Shown here: positions 37,933 through 47,300 of the stretch, in pieces
Position numbering within the stretch: the first letter of the stretch is position 1
How the letters are laid out: every line of letters starts with the position of its first letter
Assembly (NCBI GenBank): GCA_949292205.1
Contig: CASEYR010000002.1
Location: 34,777 to 98,776, forward strand
DNA from: an uncultured Alphaproteobacteria bacterium
GTDB lineage: Bacteria > Pseudomonadota > Alphaproteobacteria > CAAHEQ01 > UBA3637
Length of the DNA: 64,000 bases
Reading direction: 5' to 3'
Translations under genes and position numbers: made by a program
The notes under the pieces: model-generated
Told to the model about the DNA's origin: nothing
Seen by the model: the letters and a program-made list of their open reading frames with translations, nothing else
The model's database searches: none

Positions 37933-39429
37933 ATGTTATCCCGAACGTATTCTGTCGCATTTGCCGGTATTGATGTTTTAAAAATCGGAATAGAGGTGCA
38001 AATTACCAGCGGTTTGCCTTCCTTTACGATTGTTGGTCTTGCCGATAAAGCCATTGCTGAAAGTCGTGAACGTGTTCGGGCTGCGTTGCATGCCTTGGGT
38101 TTATCTTTGCCCGCGGCTCATATTACTGTTAATTTGGCACCCGCAGATGTCGTTAAAGAGGGGACTCATTATGATTTGCCGATAGCTGTCGCTTTAATGG
38201 GAGCTATGGGGATTGTTCGTCCGGAAGATATACAAGGCTTTATGATGATGGGTGAGTTGGGACTAGATGGTTGCATTCGTCCCGTATCCGGTGTTTTACC
38301 CGCCAGCATTGCAGCTAATAAATACGAATTGGGCTTTATTTGTCCCTTAGAGCAGGGAGCGGAGGCTGTTTGGTCCGGAAATCCAGTGGTGTATGCCCCT
38401 GATTCTTTGTTGACATTATTAAATCATCTGAAGGGAATTCAAATTTTAAATAAGCCGGTGCCAATAGCAGAAGATAATCCCGTTTCTTGTTTGGATATGC
38501 GGGATATTAAAGGACATATAGCGGTTAAAAGGGCGTTGGAAATTGCCGCTGTCGGAGGTCATAATGTCCTGATGGTTGGACCGCCGGGATCGGGTAAGTC
38601 TATGTTAGCTGCCAGGTTGCCATCTATCATGCCACCGATGACTCAGGCAGAGATTTTAGAAGTTAGTCAAATTCATTCTATCGCCGGGTTATTACGTGAA
38701 GGGCGCTTGATTACGCAAAGACCGTTTAGGTGTCCTCATCATTCTGCTTCAACACCCGCTATGGTTGGTGGCGGATTGAAAGCTCGCCCAGGGGAAATTT
38801 CTTTGGCTCATAGAGGGATTTTGTTTTTGGATGAATTTCCCGAGTTTTCTAGATCGACTCTTGAATCACTACGACAACCGATGGAAACAGGAGTCGTTTC
38901 CGTTGCTCGGGCAAATGTGCATACGACATATCCTGCCAGATTTCAGTTGATCGCCGCCATGAATCCGTGTAAGTGTGGATATTTGGGTGTTCCGGGGCAT
39001 GAATGCTCAAGAGCTCCGAAATGTGGCGAGGAGTATCGATCTAAAATTTCCGGCCCGATGTTAGATCGCTTCGATTTGCAAATAGAAGTTCCTTTGGTTC
39101 CTCCTTGGGAATTAGCTAATCAAACCGCAGGTGAGTCTTCGGAGGTTATGAGAAAACGGGTGAAAAGAGCTTTAGATTTTGCTGTAGATCGCTTTTCTGA
39201 ATTAAAAATTACAAATAACTCACAGGCAGAGGGGCAGACGTTGGAACAAATAGCTCCCATGACCGAAAAAGCAAAAGATTTGTTGGTGCAGGCTGCCGAA
39301 AGACTGATGCTGTCCGGTCGGGGATATCATCGGATGATTCGTGTTGCCAGAACAATTGCCGATTTGGATCATTCTGAAATGATTGGTGTTGTTCATATGA
39401 CTGAGGCTTTGGCCTTTCGGCAAAAGTGA
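37933..39429 (+). CDS. comM: ComM/YifB Mg-chelatase-like AAA+ protein
   Basis: ESRERVRAA, VNLAPAD, GPPGSGKS, PHHSAS, LFLDEFPEF, AAMNPC, ISGPMLDRFD. Confidence 0.93.
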   Translation: MLSRTYSVAFAGIDVLKIGIEVQITSGLPSFTIVGLADKAIAESRERVRAALHALGLSLPAAHITVNLAPADVVKEGTHYDLPIAVALMGAMGIVRPEDIQGFMMMGELGLDGCIRPVSGVLPASIAANKYELGFICPLEQGAEAVWSGNPVVYAPDSLLTLLNHLKGIQILNKPVPIAEDNPVSCLDMRDIKGHIAVKRALEIAAVGGHNVLMVGPPGSGKSMLAARLPSIMPPMTQAEILEVSQIHSIAGLLREGRLITQRPFRCPHHSASTPAMVGGGLKARPGEISLAHRGILFLDEFPEFSRSTLESLRQPMETGVVSVARANVHTTYPARFQLIAAMNPCKCGYLGVPGHECSRAPKCGEEYRSKISGPMLDRFDLQIEVPLVPPWELANQTAGESSEVMRKRVKRALDFAVDRFSELKITNNSQAEGQTLEQIAPMTEKAKDLLVQAAERLMLSGRGYHRMIRVARTIADLDHSEMIGVVHMTEALAFRQK

Positions 39430-39550
39430 CCTAAAACAATAGAGGGCATTGTTTTTTTTGAAGGACTTTTCAAAAAAAGAGGCTTGACAGATATGGGAAT
39501 TTATGATAACCTTAAATGGAAGTGATATAAAAAATGGACAAAAGGAGTTC

Positions 39551-39745
39551 ATGGGTATGGAACAGTTGAAGTCAAGTGATTTTTTGAAAGAAGGAACAAT
39601 GGTTTATGGCTGTGGTGTTGAAAATAAAACCGATCGCGGATATCGTAAGGCTGTTGATTTCGATAAGTCGGGTATTCAACTGATTGGAGTTTTTTCAAAC
39701 GTTCCGACATCTCATATTAAAATGCAGAAAGAAGCCTCAAAATAG
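39551..39745 (+). CDS. Small hypothetical protein
   Basis: AAGGAG RBS before ATG 39551; co-oriented with the downstream glycosyltransferase. Confidence 0.5.
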   Translation: MGMEQLKSSDFLKEGTMVYGCGVENKTDRGYRKAVDFDKSGIQLIGVFSNVPTSHIKMQKEASK

Positions 39746-39760
39746 ATAGGGACTCTAACC

Positions 39761-40912
39761 ATGAGGCGTTTATGGGGCGTTCTGGTAATATTAGCTGTCG
39801 TGGGCGGGATTGTTGCCTCCCACGTTTATTTTATGGGAAAAAAACCGATTGTCTCGGTCGTAATGTCAACTTATAATCGCGCAGATCGGGTTGGAAGAGC
39901 TATAGAATCCGTTTTGAACCAGACCTTTAAAAACTTTGAATTCATTATTATTAATGACGGGTCAACGGATAATACCTCTGCTGTTTTAAAAGAGTTTAAG
40001 AAAAAAGATCATCGCATCGTTCTTGTTGAGAATAAAGAAAATAAAGGCTTGATTTATTCTTTGAATCGTGGATTGGATTTGGCTCGGGGAAAATATATTG
40101 CTCGGATAGACGATGACGATGAAATGCTTCCCAAACGCTTGGAAAAGCAGGTGGCGTATATGGATGAAACAACGGATGCTGCTGTTTTATGTACGGGGTA
40201 TTATGCTTTCTATGAAAGAGAAAATAGTCAGGGTCAAAAAATTCGTTTAAGGGGACGTGTCGGTTGTCCTGCTCCTCCGGATCAGGTTTATATTAATCTG
40301 CATTTTGCAAATGGATTATCTCACCCAACATCTATGTTGCGAAAATCATTCTTGGATGATAAAAAATTGATGTATAATCAATCCTATAAAAGTGCTGAAG
40401 ATTATAAATTATGGTCTGATGTCGTGCGACGAGGTGGAAAAATTTATTGTTTGCAAGAACCTTTAACGGAATATACTCGGGCCGGTGATAATCCTTTCTC
40501 CTTTTACAGGAATATGGGGATCGGTTCCAGACAAGTTCGGATAGATATGTTATCGGATTTTTTTGATAATCCGGAAGAAATCGTCCGTTATCCTAAATGT
40601 GATATTTTACGTCAACTGGTTGATAAAAATAAAGATAAAAAGATCTTAAACCAGACAAGACTGGAAGATGAAGCGGAGAGATCGTGTCCAAAATCGGATC
40701 TGGATGCATGGCGGGTTAAACATCCTTTTTGGCAAGATTATTTAATTTTGTCACAAGATAAAAAATCCATATATCGTTTTGATGGGCGTGATAAGGCTCG
40801 TGTTATTTCTTTTGAAGGAAATGAATTGGTCCTGAAGTGGGAAAATTGGGGACAAGAAACGTTTGTTTGTGATCGTCAGAAAAAGGAATGCTCGGTTAAA
40901 AAAGAAAAGTAG
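39761..40912 (+). CDS. GT2 family glycosyltransferase with N-terminal membrane anchor
   Basis: VSVVMSTYN, IIINDGSTD, YIARIDDDD, AEDYKLW. Confidence 0.92.
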   Translation: MRRLWGVLVILAVVGGIVASHVYFMGKKPIVSVVMSTYNRADRVGRAIESVLNQTFKNFEFIIINDGSTDNTSAVLKEFKKKDHRIVLVENKENKGLIYSLNRGLDLARGKYIARIDDDDEMLPKRLEKQVAYMDETTDAAVLCTGYYAFYERENSQGQKIRLRGRVGCPAPPDQVYINLHFANGLSHPTSMLRKSFLDDKKLMYNQSYKSAEDYKLWSDVVRRGGKIYCLQEPLTEYTRAGDNPFSFYRNMGIGSRQVRIDMLSDFFDNPEEIVRYPKCDILRQLVDKNKDKKILNQTRLEDEAERSCPKSDLDAWRVKHPFWQDYLILSQDKKSIYRFDGRDKARVISFEGNELVLKWENWGQETFVCDRQKKECSVKKEK

Positions 40913-41030
40913 TCGTGGATTTTTTTTGATAAAGCAGATGAAATCACTCTTTTAAACTAGATGTAAAATCAAAACGGAAATACAGCTCTTTTGAAATTAT
41001 AAAAATAGTTTTGTTTCTTTTAAAAAAAAC

Positions 41031-41059
41031 TTGCGTTTTTGTTCTCTTTGTTGTATAAA
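41031..41059 (+). promoter_or_regulatory. Sigma70-type promoter of the displaced tRNA-Thr 5' half
   Basis: TTGCGT-N17-TATAAA, 11 nt before the tRNA 5' G. Confidence 0.7.
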
Positions 41060-41070
41060 GAATCTGCATT

Positions 41071-41108
<38 letters not shown>

Positions 41109-41277
41109 GGCATCGCCAATCAAAAAACTTTTCTTATTTTTCAATAGCCTGTTTTTGTAAACTCTCAATTTAGGACTTTTTTGGGTTCTTTTTGCCCTAT
41201 TTTTTAATTTTATTTTTTGAAAATTGTTGCACAGATTATTGACTTTACCAGAGTCTTTTCAAAAACAAAAAATCTTA

Positions 41278-41754
41278 TCATTTTTGTTTTCTTTCTACCC
41301 TAAAATCTTTTTCTGTCATTAGAGTGTTATTGTCAGATTTTACCTCTTTTGCAATATATGAGCCCCACGCTATATTATACAGCGGTTCAACATGCACTTT
41401 AGCTGATTTAACAATTTTTTGAACACCTTTGTTCAGGTAAACAATCAACCTGCAAAGTGTGCAAAAATGAACAGATTTAACCTTTAACATAAAATGATAA
41501 TGCCTGTTCATTCCTGATTTTCCCATCTCTTGAAAGCCAATAAAAGGATACTGTTCCGATTGCCTCATATACCATTTTCTGCCTAATATCTTCCGGTAAA
41601 GCGTTCCGAAAGCAACCTTAATTGCCTTTTTAGCCTCATTTTCCGTAATATCATCCTTATTAAATTGAAAGGTTAAGCAGACATTGTAATTTTGGGCCAA
41701 ATCAAGCATCCACTTTTGCATTTCCTCTTTAAACTTTTCATCTTGCCGGTTCAT
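41278..41754 (-). CDS. HUH endonuclease / rolling-circle replication initiator-like protein
   Basis: Motif I CLTFQF, motif II RHYHFML, motif III YIAKE. Confidence 0.7.
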   Translation of the reverse strand: MNRQDEKFKEEMQKWMLDLAQNYNVCLTFQFNKDDITENEAKKAIKVAFGTLYRKILGRKWYMRQSEQYPFIGFQEMGKSGMNRHYHFMLKVKSVHFCTLCRLIVYLNKGVQKIVKSAKVHVEPLYNIAWGSYIAKEVKSDNNTLMTEKDFRVERKQK

Positions 41755-41762
41755 ATAGCCTC

Positions 41763-42818
41763 CTATTGAAAAATACTCTGATTCATATTTTCAACGAACT
41801 TTTGTTTATAATCCGTCATAACATGTGCATAGCGTTTAACCATATCCATTGTGTGATGTCCTAAAATCTCAGAAAGCGGAATCAAGCCAATACCTGTCCG
41901 AAGTAAATAAGTGGCGGCCGTATGCCTTAAATCATGAAATCTGAAATCTTGAATACCGGCTGTTTTAAGTGCTGTTTTCCATGCTTTTTTAAAATCAAAA
42001 GTTTTTCCTTTTATTCGTCCTTGAAACACAAAGTCAAAATCATGACTTTTATCTGTTGCATTTTTAATCTGCACCAGAATATCATAAGCAGTCCCGCATA
42101 AAGGCACGCTGCGTGTATCTCCGTTTTTTGTGTCTTCAAAAATCAACCGATGTTCATCCAGCATCACATTTTTCCACTTTAATTTTAAAATTTCAGATCT
42201 GCGTGCGCCTGTGCTTAAAGCAATCACAACAATCGGATACAAGTAAGGCATTTTAGATTTTTGACAGGCATTCAACAATAATTTGATTTCGTCATGAGTC
42301 AAATAACGCGTGCGTCCTCTGGGTTCTTTTAATTTTTTAATCTGTTGACAAGGATTAGAAGAAATAATTTGCCATTCTTTCATGGCCGTCGTCATCAAGC
42401 CACTTAAAACGATAACATATTTGTTGATTGTTGCCGGTTGTCTTGATCTGAATTGATGACCGACTTGATATTCTGTCGTCATCAGTTCTGAACGACAGGC
42501 CACAATATCTGTCGTGGTAATAGCTGTCAATAATTTATATCCCAGTTTTGCTTTCCACCAATTCAAAATAGACATAGATAATGATTTGATTTTATGCTCT
42601 TTGATATACTTATCAATCGCCTGTGCCAATGTGGCTTTACTGGACCCATAACCATGTGCCCTTGTAAAATTGTCAATATCGGCCATTTGCTGATGATACC
42701 ATCTGGCCGCATCATCATAATAAGCAAATGTCTTTGATTTATCAATTAAATTTTTAATCCTGATTCTGGCTCGATAGTGTGGTGTTGATCTTCGTTTGCT
42801 TTCAATTTTCTCTATCAT
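41763..42818 (-). CDS. Tyrosine recombinase (integrase)
   Basis: TGARRSE, DTKNG, FHDLRH, LGHH, KRYAH: full catalytic set, plus N-terminal arm-binding-like region. Confidence 0.96.
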   Translation of the reverse strand: MIEKIESKRRSTPHYRARIRIKNLIDKSKTFAYYDDAARWYHQQMADIDNFTRAHGYGSSKATLAQAIDKYIKEHKIKSLSMSILNWWKAKLGYKLLTAITTTDIVACRSELMTTEYQVGHQFRSRQPATINKYVIVLSGLMTTAMKEWQIISSNPCQQIKKLKEPRGRTRYLTHDEIKLLLNACQKSKMPYLYPIVVIALSTGARRSEILKLKWKNVMLDEHRLIFEDTKNGDTRSVPLCGTAYDILVQIKNATDKSHDFDFVFQGRIKGKTFDFKKAWKTALKTAGIQDFRFHDLRHTAATYLLRTGIGLIPLSEILGHHTMDMVKRYAHVMTDYKQKFVENMNQSIFQ

Positions 42819-43011
42819 TTTTTACCTTTCATTTAAGTGTTAGGTATATATTTATCTAAAAATAAAAAATATAATTTTTAATAACAGGATGATTGTAAAA
42901 AATTTTACATCTTATTGAAAAACAAGAAGTTATGGATAATAACGCCTTTTGTTTATAAAAAACACTTCGGCTCAAAAATGTGCTATAATCCGATTCAGAA
43001 AGGATAAAAGT

Positions 43012-43842
43012 ATGCTGATCACAGAGCCGAACACAATTTTGCTTGCAAAGCCCAATAAGAAAATAGAAAAAATATATGAAGGATGCTATTCGGATATTTT
43101 TCAACGCTTGAAAAGCACATTAGAAAAGTATCATGAAGTTCATATATTGGATTTACCTGACATTTGGATAAGAGATTTTGCCCCCTTTTTTACCGATAAA
43201 AAAGCTATTCCGTTGTTATATAAACCACCCTACCAATCATTTTCCAAAAGTGAGCAGATTCAATCAGAATGTCTGAAACATTTTCATGATTTTCCGATCC
43301 CTTTGCCTATCCGATTTGATGGCGGTAATTTAATTGCAAACAGGCAAGGTATAGGTATTGCAACGAAAAAACCGTTAGAACTGAATAACATCAGTCAAAA
43401 TGAAATGAATCTGTTGATGGCAGAATTATTTGGCATTCAACAGATGATATGGCTTCCCTATGAAACTGGCGACACGATTGCCCATATTGATGGTATGATG
43501 CAATTTTTAGATGATACAACGCTCATCATCAATGAACCCAACAGCAAAGAATTAAAGAAATGTCATCAAATTTTGCAACAGGCATGTCCCCATATCAAAT
43601 TAGTAGATATTCCGTGTAAGCCAACTTATGAAAAATATTATGGGTGGGAAAGCGTTAAAGGTGTCTATGTCAATTTCTTACAGACAAGCAAAATCATTTT
43701 ACTTCCCATTTATGATATGCCGACAGATGAGGAGGTATTGAACATTATTCAAAACCATACTCATAAGCCGGTCATACCTGTCAATGCCACAAAAATATCA
43801 AAATTCGGTGGCAGTATCCATTGCTTAACCAATGGATACTAG
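43012..43842 (+). CDS. Agmatine deiminase / peptidylarginine deiminase (pentein) family
   Basis: DIWIRDFAP, FDGGN, AHIDG, YVNFL, GGSIHCLT; start chosen at MLITEPN after AAGGA. Confidence 0.88.
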   Translation: MLITEPNTILLAKPNKKIEKIYEGCYSDIFQRLKSTLEKYHEVHILDLPDIWIRDFAPFFTDKKAIPLLYKPPYQSFSKSEQIQSECLKHFHDFPIPLPIRFDGGNLIANRQGIGIATKKPLELNNISQNEMNLLMAELFGIQQMIWLPYETGDTIAHIDGMMQFLDDTTLIINEPNSKELKKCHQILQQACPHIKLVDIPCKPTYEKYYGWESVKGVYVNFLQTSKIILLPIYDMPTDEEVLNIIQNHTHKPVIPVNATKISKFGGSIHCLTNGY

Positions 43843-43916
43843 CCTCATTTAGCTACCTTGGATTCGTTGTTCAAATTCACATTGCGAAATGCGATATTCT
43901 ATTTTATGACACTATG

Positions 43917-43940
43917 AGTAGGTTCCATCCAGAACCTACC
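43917..43940. terminator. Hairpin between convergent island genes
   Basis: GTAGGTTC-catcca-GAACCTAC. Confidence 0.5.
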
Positions 43941-43964
43941 CACTTTAAAAATTTTCATTTTTAA

Positions 43965-44876
43965 TTAGTTATTTTTCCTTTGTTTTGCTGTTTCTTCAAA
44001 AAGAACATGATATACCCAACCAGGACAACACTGATATTTCTTTAACAAAGAAAGCAACATAATAACCACTTCTGTGGTATAAAACAAAATTCTTTTATGA
44101 ATGAAGCAGTTAATCCTATATTCTTTTGGTATGAATCGGTATTCCTTTTTTCTGATAATGCTGCTTTTTCGTCGTTTAAAGTAAGACGCATCCTGCATCA
44201 TTTTATAGCATGCAAACAAATCAGATGGCAGCGGTCCATTATAAATACACCTCAGACGCCATTTGACACTGTTTTCTGATGTCATCTTTTCCTTACAGTT
44301 CAGCATGTAATTCCAAAATCTTTTTAGATTTTGCAACCACTCTTCCGCGTCATCTTTTGCATCGAAACAAGCCTCTAAATAAGACCATTCAAAATGAAAA
44401 TCATCATTTTTAATGAAGTCAATCAATTTTTGGGCATGCCATTCAGCTGTTTCCAAATAATAATCATTAAAGGCAGGTCTCTCTAAAATTACTCTTTTAT
44501 AACCGCCATCGTCTTTTTGTTCATACCATTTGTTATTTGCATATATGTAGATTCCATCTTCTTGAATAAATCCCATAGTTGCCATTTTTAAGCCTAACCA
44601 CACCATTGAATCCATTTGATATTGCTTTGCTAAATTTTCCGCATCTTCATATTGAACCTGATCGTCAATTTCTTTTACAAATAAAAAACCTGGTTGTTGC
44701 TTATTTTCCTTTTTTGAATCCAATACCTTTTTAAAATCTGGTGAATTTATCAAAAAATCATCGTATTTTTCCAAAAAACTTTGATAATCCATTGGCGTAA
44801 AATCATCCAATTTTTTATTTTGATCACATTTGCCCAAACTAATGCCAACTGTATTTTGAACTATTAATATAGTCAT
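43965..44876 (-). CDS. Hypothetical protein (303 aa)
   Basis: Long ORF with AAGGA RBS; no motif recognised. Confidence 0.7.
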   Translation of the reverse strand: MTILIVQNTVGISLGKCDQNKKLDDFTPMDYQSFLEKYDDFLINSPDFKKVLDSKKENKQQPGFLFVKEIDDQVQYEDAENLAKQYQMDSMVWLGLKMATMGFIQEDGIYIYANNKWYEQKDDGGYKRVILERPAFNDYYLETAEWHAQKLIDFIKNDDFHFEWSYLEACFDAKDDAEEWLQNLKRFWNYMLNCKEKMTSENSVKWRLRCIYNGPLPSDLFACYKMMQDASYFKRRKSSIIRKKEYRFIPKEYRINCFIHKRILFYTTEVVIMLLSLLKKYQCCPGWVYHVLFEETAKQRKNN

Positions 44877-45139
44877 ATTTTATCCTTTTTTTTAATAAGT
44901 TATAAAAATCAAAATAACAATCCTATCATTTTGATACCAAAACCAACAACTAATCCAATTAAATTCAAATAAATAATAATAATCAATTACCACTCGTAAG
45001 CAGTTTCAAAATAAACAAATCTGTCGGTAGATGTATGCCATTATGAAAGACACGATGACATGGCATCTATATCTATATATCGTTTATTTTTATTTTTTAA
45101 TTTATATATATAAAAAAAAGTGAAAAATTTTAAAAAATT

Positions 45140-45517
45140 TTATTTCCAAAGCTCAATAATTAACTTTAATGCCTTGATTTGATTACTATTTAACAAATAA
45201 ATCTGTTCTAAAATGGTGTTTAAATTTTGAAAGTCTTCTACACTTAGTTTTTGTTTCAGGACCTCACGTTTGACAAGAGCGCTACCTTCCACCCCGGATG
45301 AAACTTTGCGTGTTCCCAAATCCAACAGAGTGTCCAAACTTAAATCCAAAACATCACATATATTGACAAGTTGTTTTAATTCAGGAGGCTTATCATTTTC
45401 GATATTGCTGATTGTTTTACAAGAACATCCTATCATCTCGGCTAATTGTGCCTGAGAGAGTTTTTTTGTATTCCGAGCAGCCCGAATTTGTTTGCCAATT
45501 TGAATATTTTCTCTCAT
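45140..45517 (-). CDS. XRE-family HTH regulator
   Basis: IGKQIRAAR..LSQAQLAEMIG..TISNIEN..P.LKQL..IC..L. Confidence 0.9.
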   Translation of the reverse strand: MRENIQIGKQIRAARNTKKLSQAQLAEMIGCSCKTISNIENDKPPELKQLVNICDVLDLSLDTLLDLGTRKVSSGVEGSALVKREVLKQKLSVEDFQNLNTILEQIYLLNSNQIKALKLIIELWK

Positions 45518-45683
45518 ATTATACCTGCAAGATATTATCCTTTTATTAAAAGATAGGATTTTTATTTCTTTTTATAAACCCAATAAATTACTTAATTTTA
45601 TTAAAATAAGAAATAAACTGCTTGACATTGGTATCAAACAGAGCTAGGCTACCTCCATAAAAAGGTATGAAAGGAAAGACTGT

Positions 45684-46328
45684 ATGAAAGATTTAGTTAT
45701 TCAGTGGCAAAATGATATAAAGGATTGGTGTCATTTTAATTCAAAGCAAAAAATAGTACCGGATCCTTTTGATAGTAACGGGAGAAAGTTTATTAAAAAC
45801 ATAGCCACAAAAGATATAAGTGATTTAGAATACATTGTTGTTGGAGATAATCCGGGTAAAACGGAATTTGACAAGCAATATTATTTTGCAGGGCGAACAC
45901 AATATATCAGAGACATTTTGATAGATGCGTTAAAACAATGGCCGGAACGGTGGCCAGAAAGAGTTCTTTTTCTGAACAAAAGCTTTATTTCTACGCCACG
46001 AACCAAAAATTTACAAAAAAGTCAGCAAGATCAAGAAATCATGGCTAACTTCATCGCAAATATTTGTAATAAGAATCCTAAAATAAAATTATGGATACTT
46101 GGCAAAGAGTTCGAAAAATTTTCATATTTTTGGGCGGTTATTCAAAAAAAATTAAACGATAAATCCAATCTTTTTGTATTTGGTCATCCATCAAATAATT
46201 GGTTTTGCGTGGATTTTATGCAAGCAATGCATAAAGCCTGTTCTAAAACAGAATTTGAAAAACTGATTGGTTATTTCCATGATTTTGGGAAAAAACAGGC
46301 AGAAAACTTAATTAAAAATACGAAATGA
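45684..46328 (+). CDS. Uracil-DNA glycosylase superfamily protein
   Basis: Motif A-like VVGDNPGKTE...FAG, central FLN, WILG, motif B-like GHPS. Confidence 0.6.
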   Translation: MKDLVIQWQNDIKDWCHFNSKQKIVPDPFDSNGRKFIKNIATKDISDLEYIVVGDNPGKTEFDKQYYFAGRTQYIRDILIDALKQWPERWPERVLFLNKSFISTPRTKNLQKSQQDQEIMANFIANICNKNPKIKLWILGKEFEKFSYFWAVIQKKLNDKSNLFVFGHPSNNWFCVDFMQAMHKACSKTEFEKLIGYFHDFGKKQAENLIKNTK

Positions 46329-46341
46329 AAGGAAAAACAAA

Positions 46342-46741
46342 ATGAAAACATCATTAAAAACATTTTTACTATTCGGTTGCCTCTCTTTTTTTGTCGATGC
46401 CGGCATGGGCTAATCCAGTCTTGTTAACACATGATGAATTGATTGTACAAGGTCTTGAATTTTTGGTTGATGAAGAAATTTTACAGAAAGAAGAAGCGGC
46501 ATGCCTTGTTCTACCTTTAAATGCAGCAATGAGAGAAATCGATTTTGATAACATGATGCGTTTGCTATTATTAAGCGGAGACCCCTCTGAGATTTTGGCG
46601 GCACCTTATAAATTATCCTCAACAAAGAGACGCCTCATTTATCAAAAAGTCCATGATGATTGTCTACAATACTTTTCTGTAGGTGTAGAAAAAAAATCGG
46701 ATGAAAATTTGGCTGAAAACATAAAAACAGAAACTAACTGA
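46342..46741 (+). pseudogene. Secreted protein frameshifted in a T7 tract of its signal peptide
   Basis: AAGGA RBS and ATG at 46342; removing one T from 46386-46392 joins it to ORF 46391-46741 as MKTSLKTFLLFGCLSFLSMPAWA-NPVLL. Confidence 0.65.
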
Positions 46742-46757
46742 ATATAAATTTTGAAAT

Positions 46758-46805
46758 AAAAAAGCATAATCAACGAAGATAAGTTCGATTGATTGTGCTT
46801 TTTTA
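46758..46805. terminator. Terminator after the UDG-like operon
   Basis: AAAAAAGCATAATCAACGAA-gataag-TTCGATTGATTGTGCTTTTTT. Confidence 0.75.
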
Positions 46806-46912
46806 TATATTTATTACCAAGTATCCATATTTGCCCCTCAGAATAAAAGTGTTTTTTATATGATAATACCTGTTTCGGGACAAATTCAGGACAATTTTAT
46901 ATTAGATTTTAT

Positions 46913-46945
46913 AAAAAAATAACTGCTTATAAATGAAGCAGTTAT
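46913..46945 (-). terminator. Terminator downstream of the inverted tRNA 3' half
   Basis: Minus strand ATAACTGCTT-catttat-AAGCAGTTAT-TTTTTT. Confidence 0.7.
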
Positions 46946-46953
46946 ATGGAACA

Positions 46954-46999
46954 TGGTGCCGAAGAGAAGACTCGAACTTCCGACCCACGCATTACGAAT
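46954..46999 (-). pseudogene. Inverted 3' half of a different tRNA-Thr(CGT) allele
   Basis: Minus strand ATTCGTAATGCGTGGGTCGGAAGTTCGAGTCTTCTCTTCGGCACCA: anticodon loop to CCA, with T-arm and acceptor differing from the intact copy. Confidence 0.9.
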
Positions 47000-47041
47000 A
47001 ATGTTCTCTTTGCAAAAATAAAGACAAGATTAAAAAAAATC

Positions 47042-47070
47042 TTGCAATTCGCTTTTCTTTGTTGTATAAG
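47042..47070 (+). promoter_or_regulatory. Element-borne sigma70-type promoter driving the intact tRNA-Thr
   Basis: TTGCAA-N17-TATAAG, 11 nt before the tRNA; shares TCTTTGTTGTATAA with the promoter at 41031-41059. Confidence 0.7.
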
Positions 47071-47081
47071 TGTTTATCTTT

Positions 47082-47157
<76 letters not shown>

Positions 47158-47163
47158 TGTTCC

Positions 47164-47198
47164 AAGCCTCTTATTCACTTAAGAGGTTTATTTTTTTT
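47164..47198 (+). terminator. Terminator after tRNA-Thr
   Basis: AAGCCTCTTA-ttcact-TAAGAGGTTT followed by a T tract. Confidence 0.7.
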
Positions 47199-47300
47199 AC
47201 CGTCATATTTCAAGCTTAAAAAAGCAGAATATTTGTTGATTTTAAGGTGAAAATCCGATATACTGCCCCCTATACTACAACTTAAAAGGAACATCTAAAA

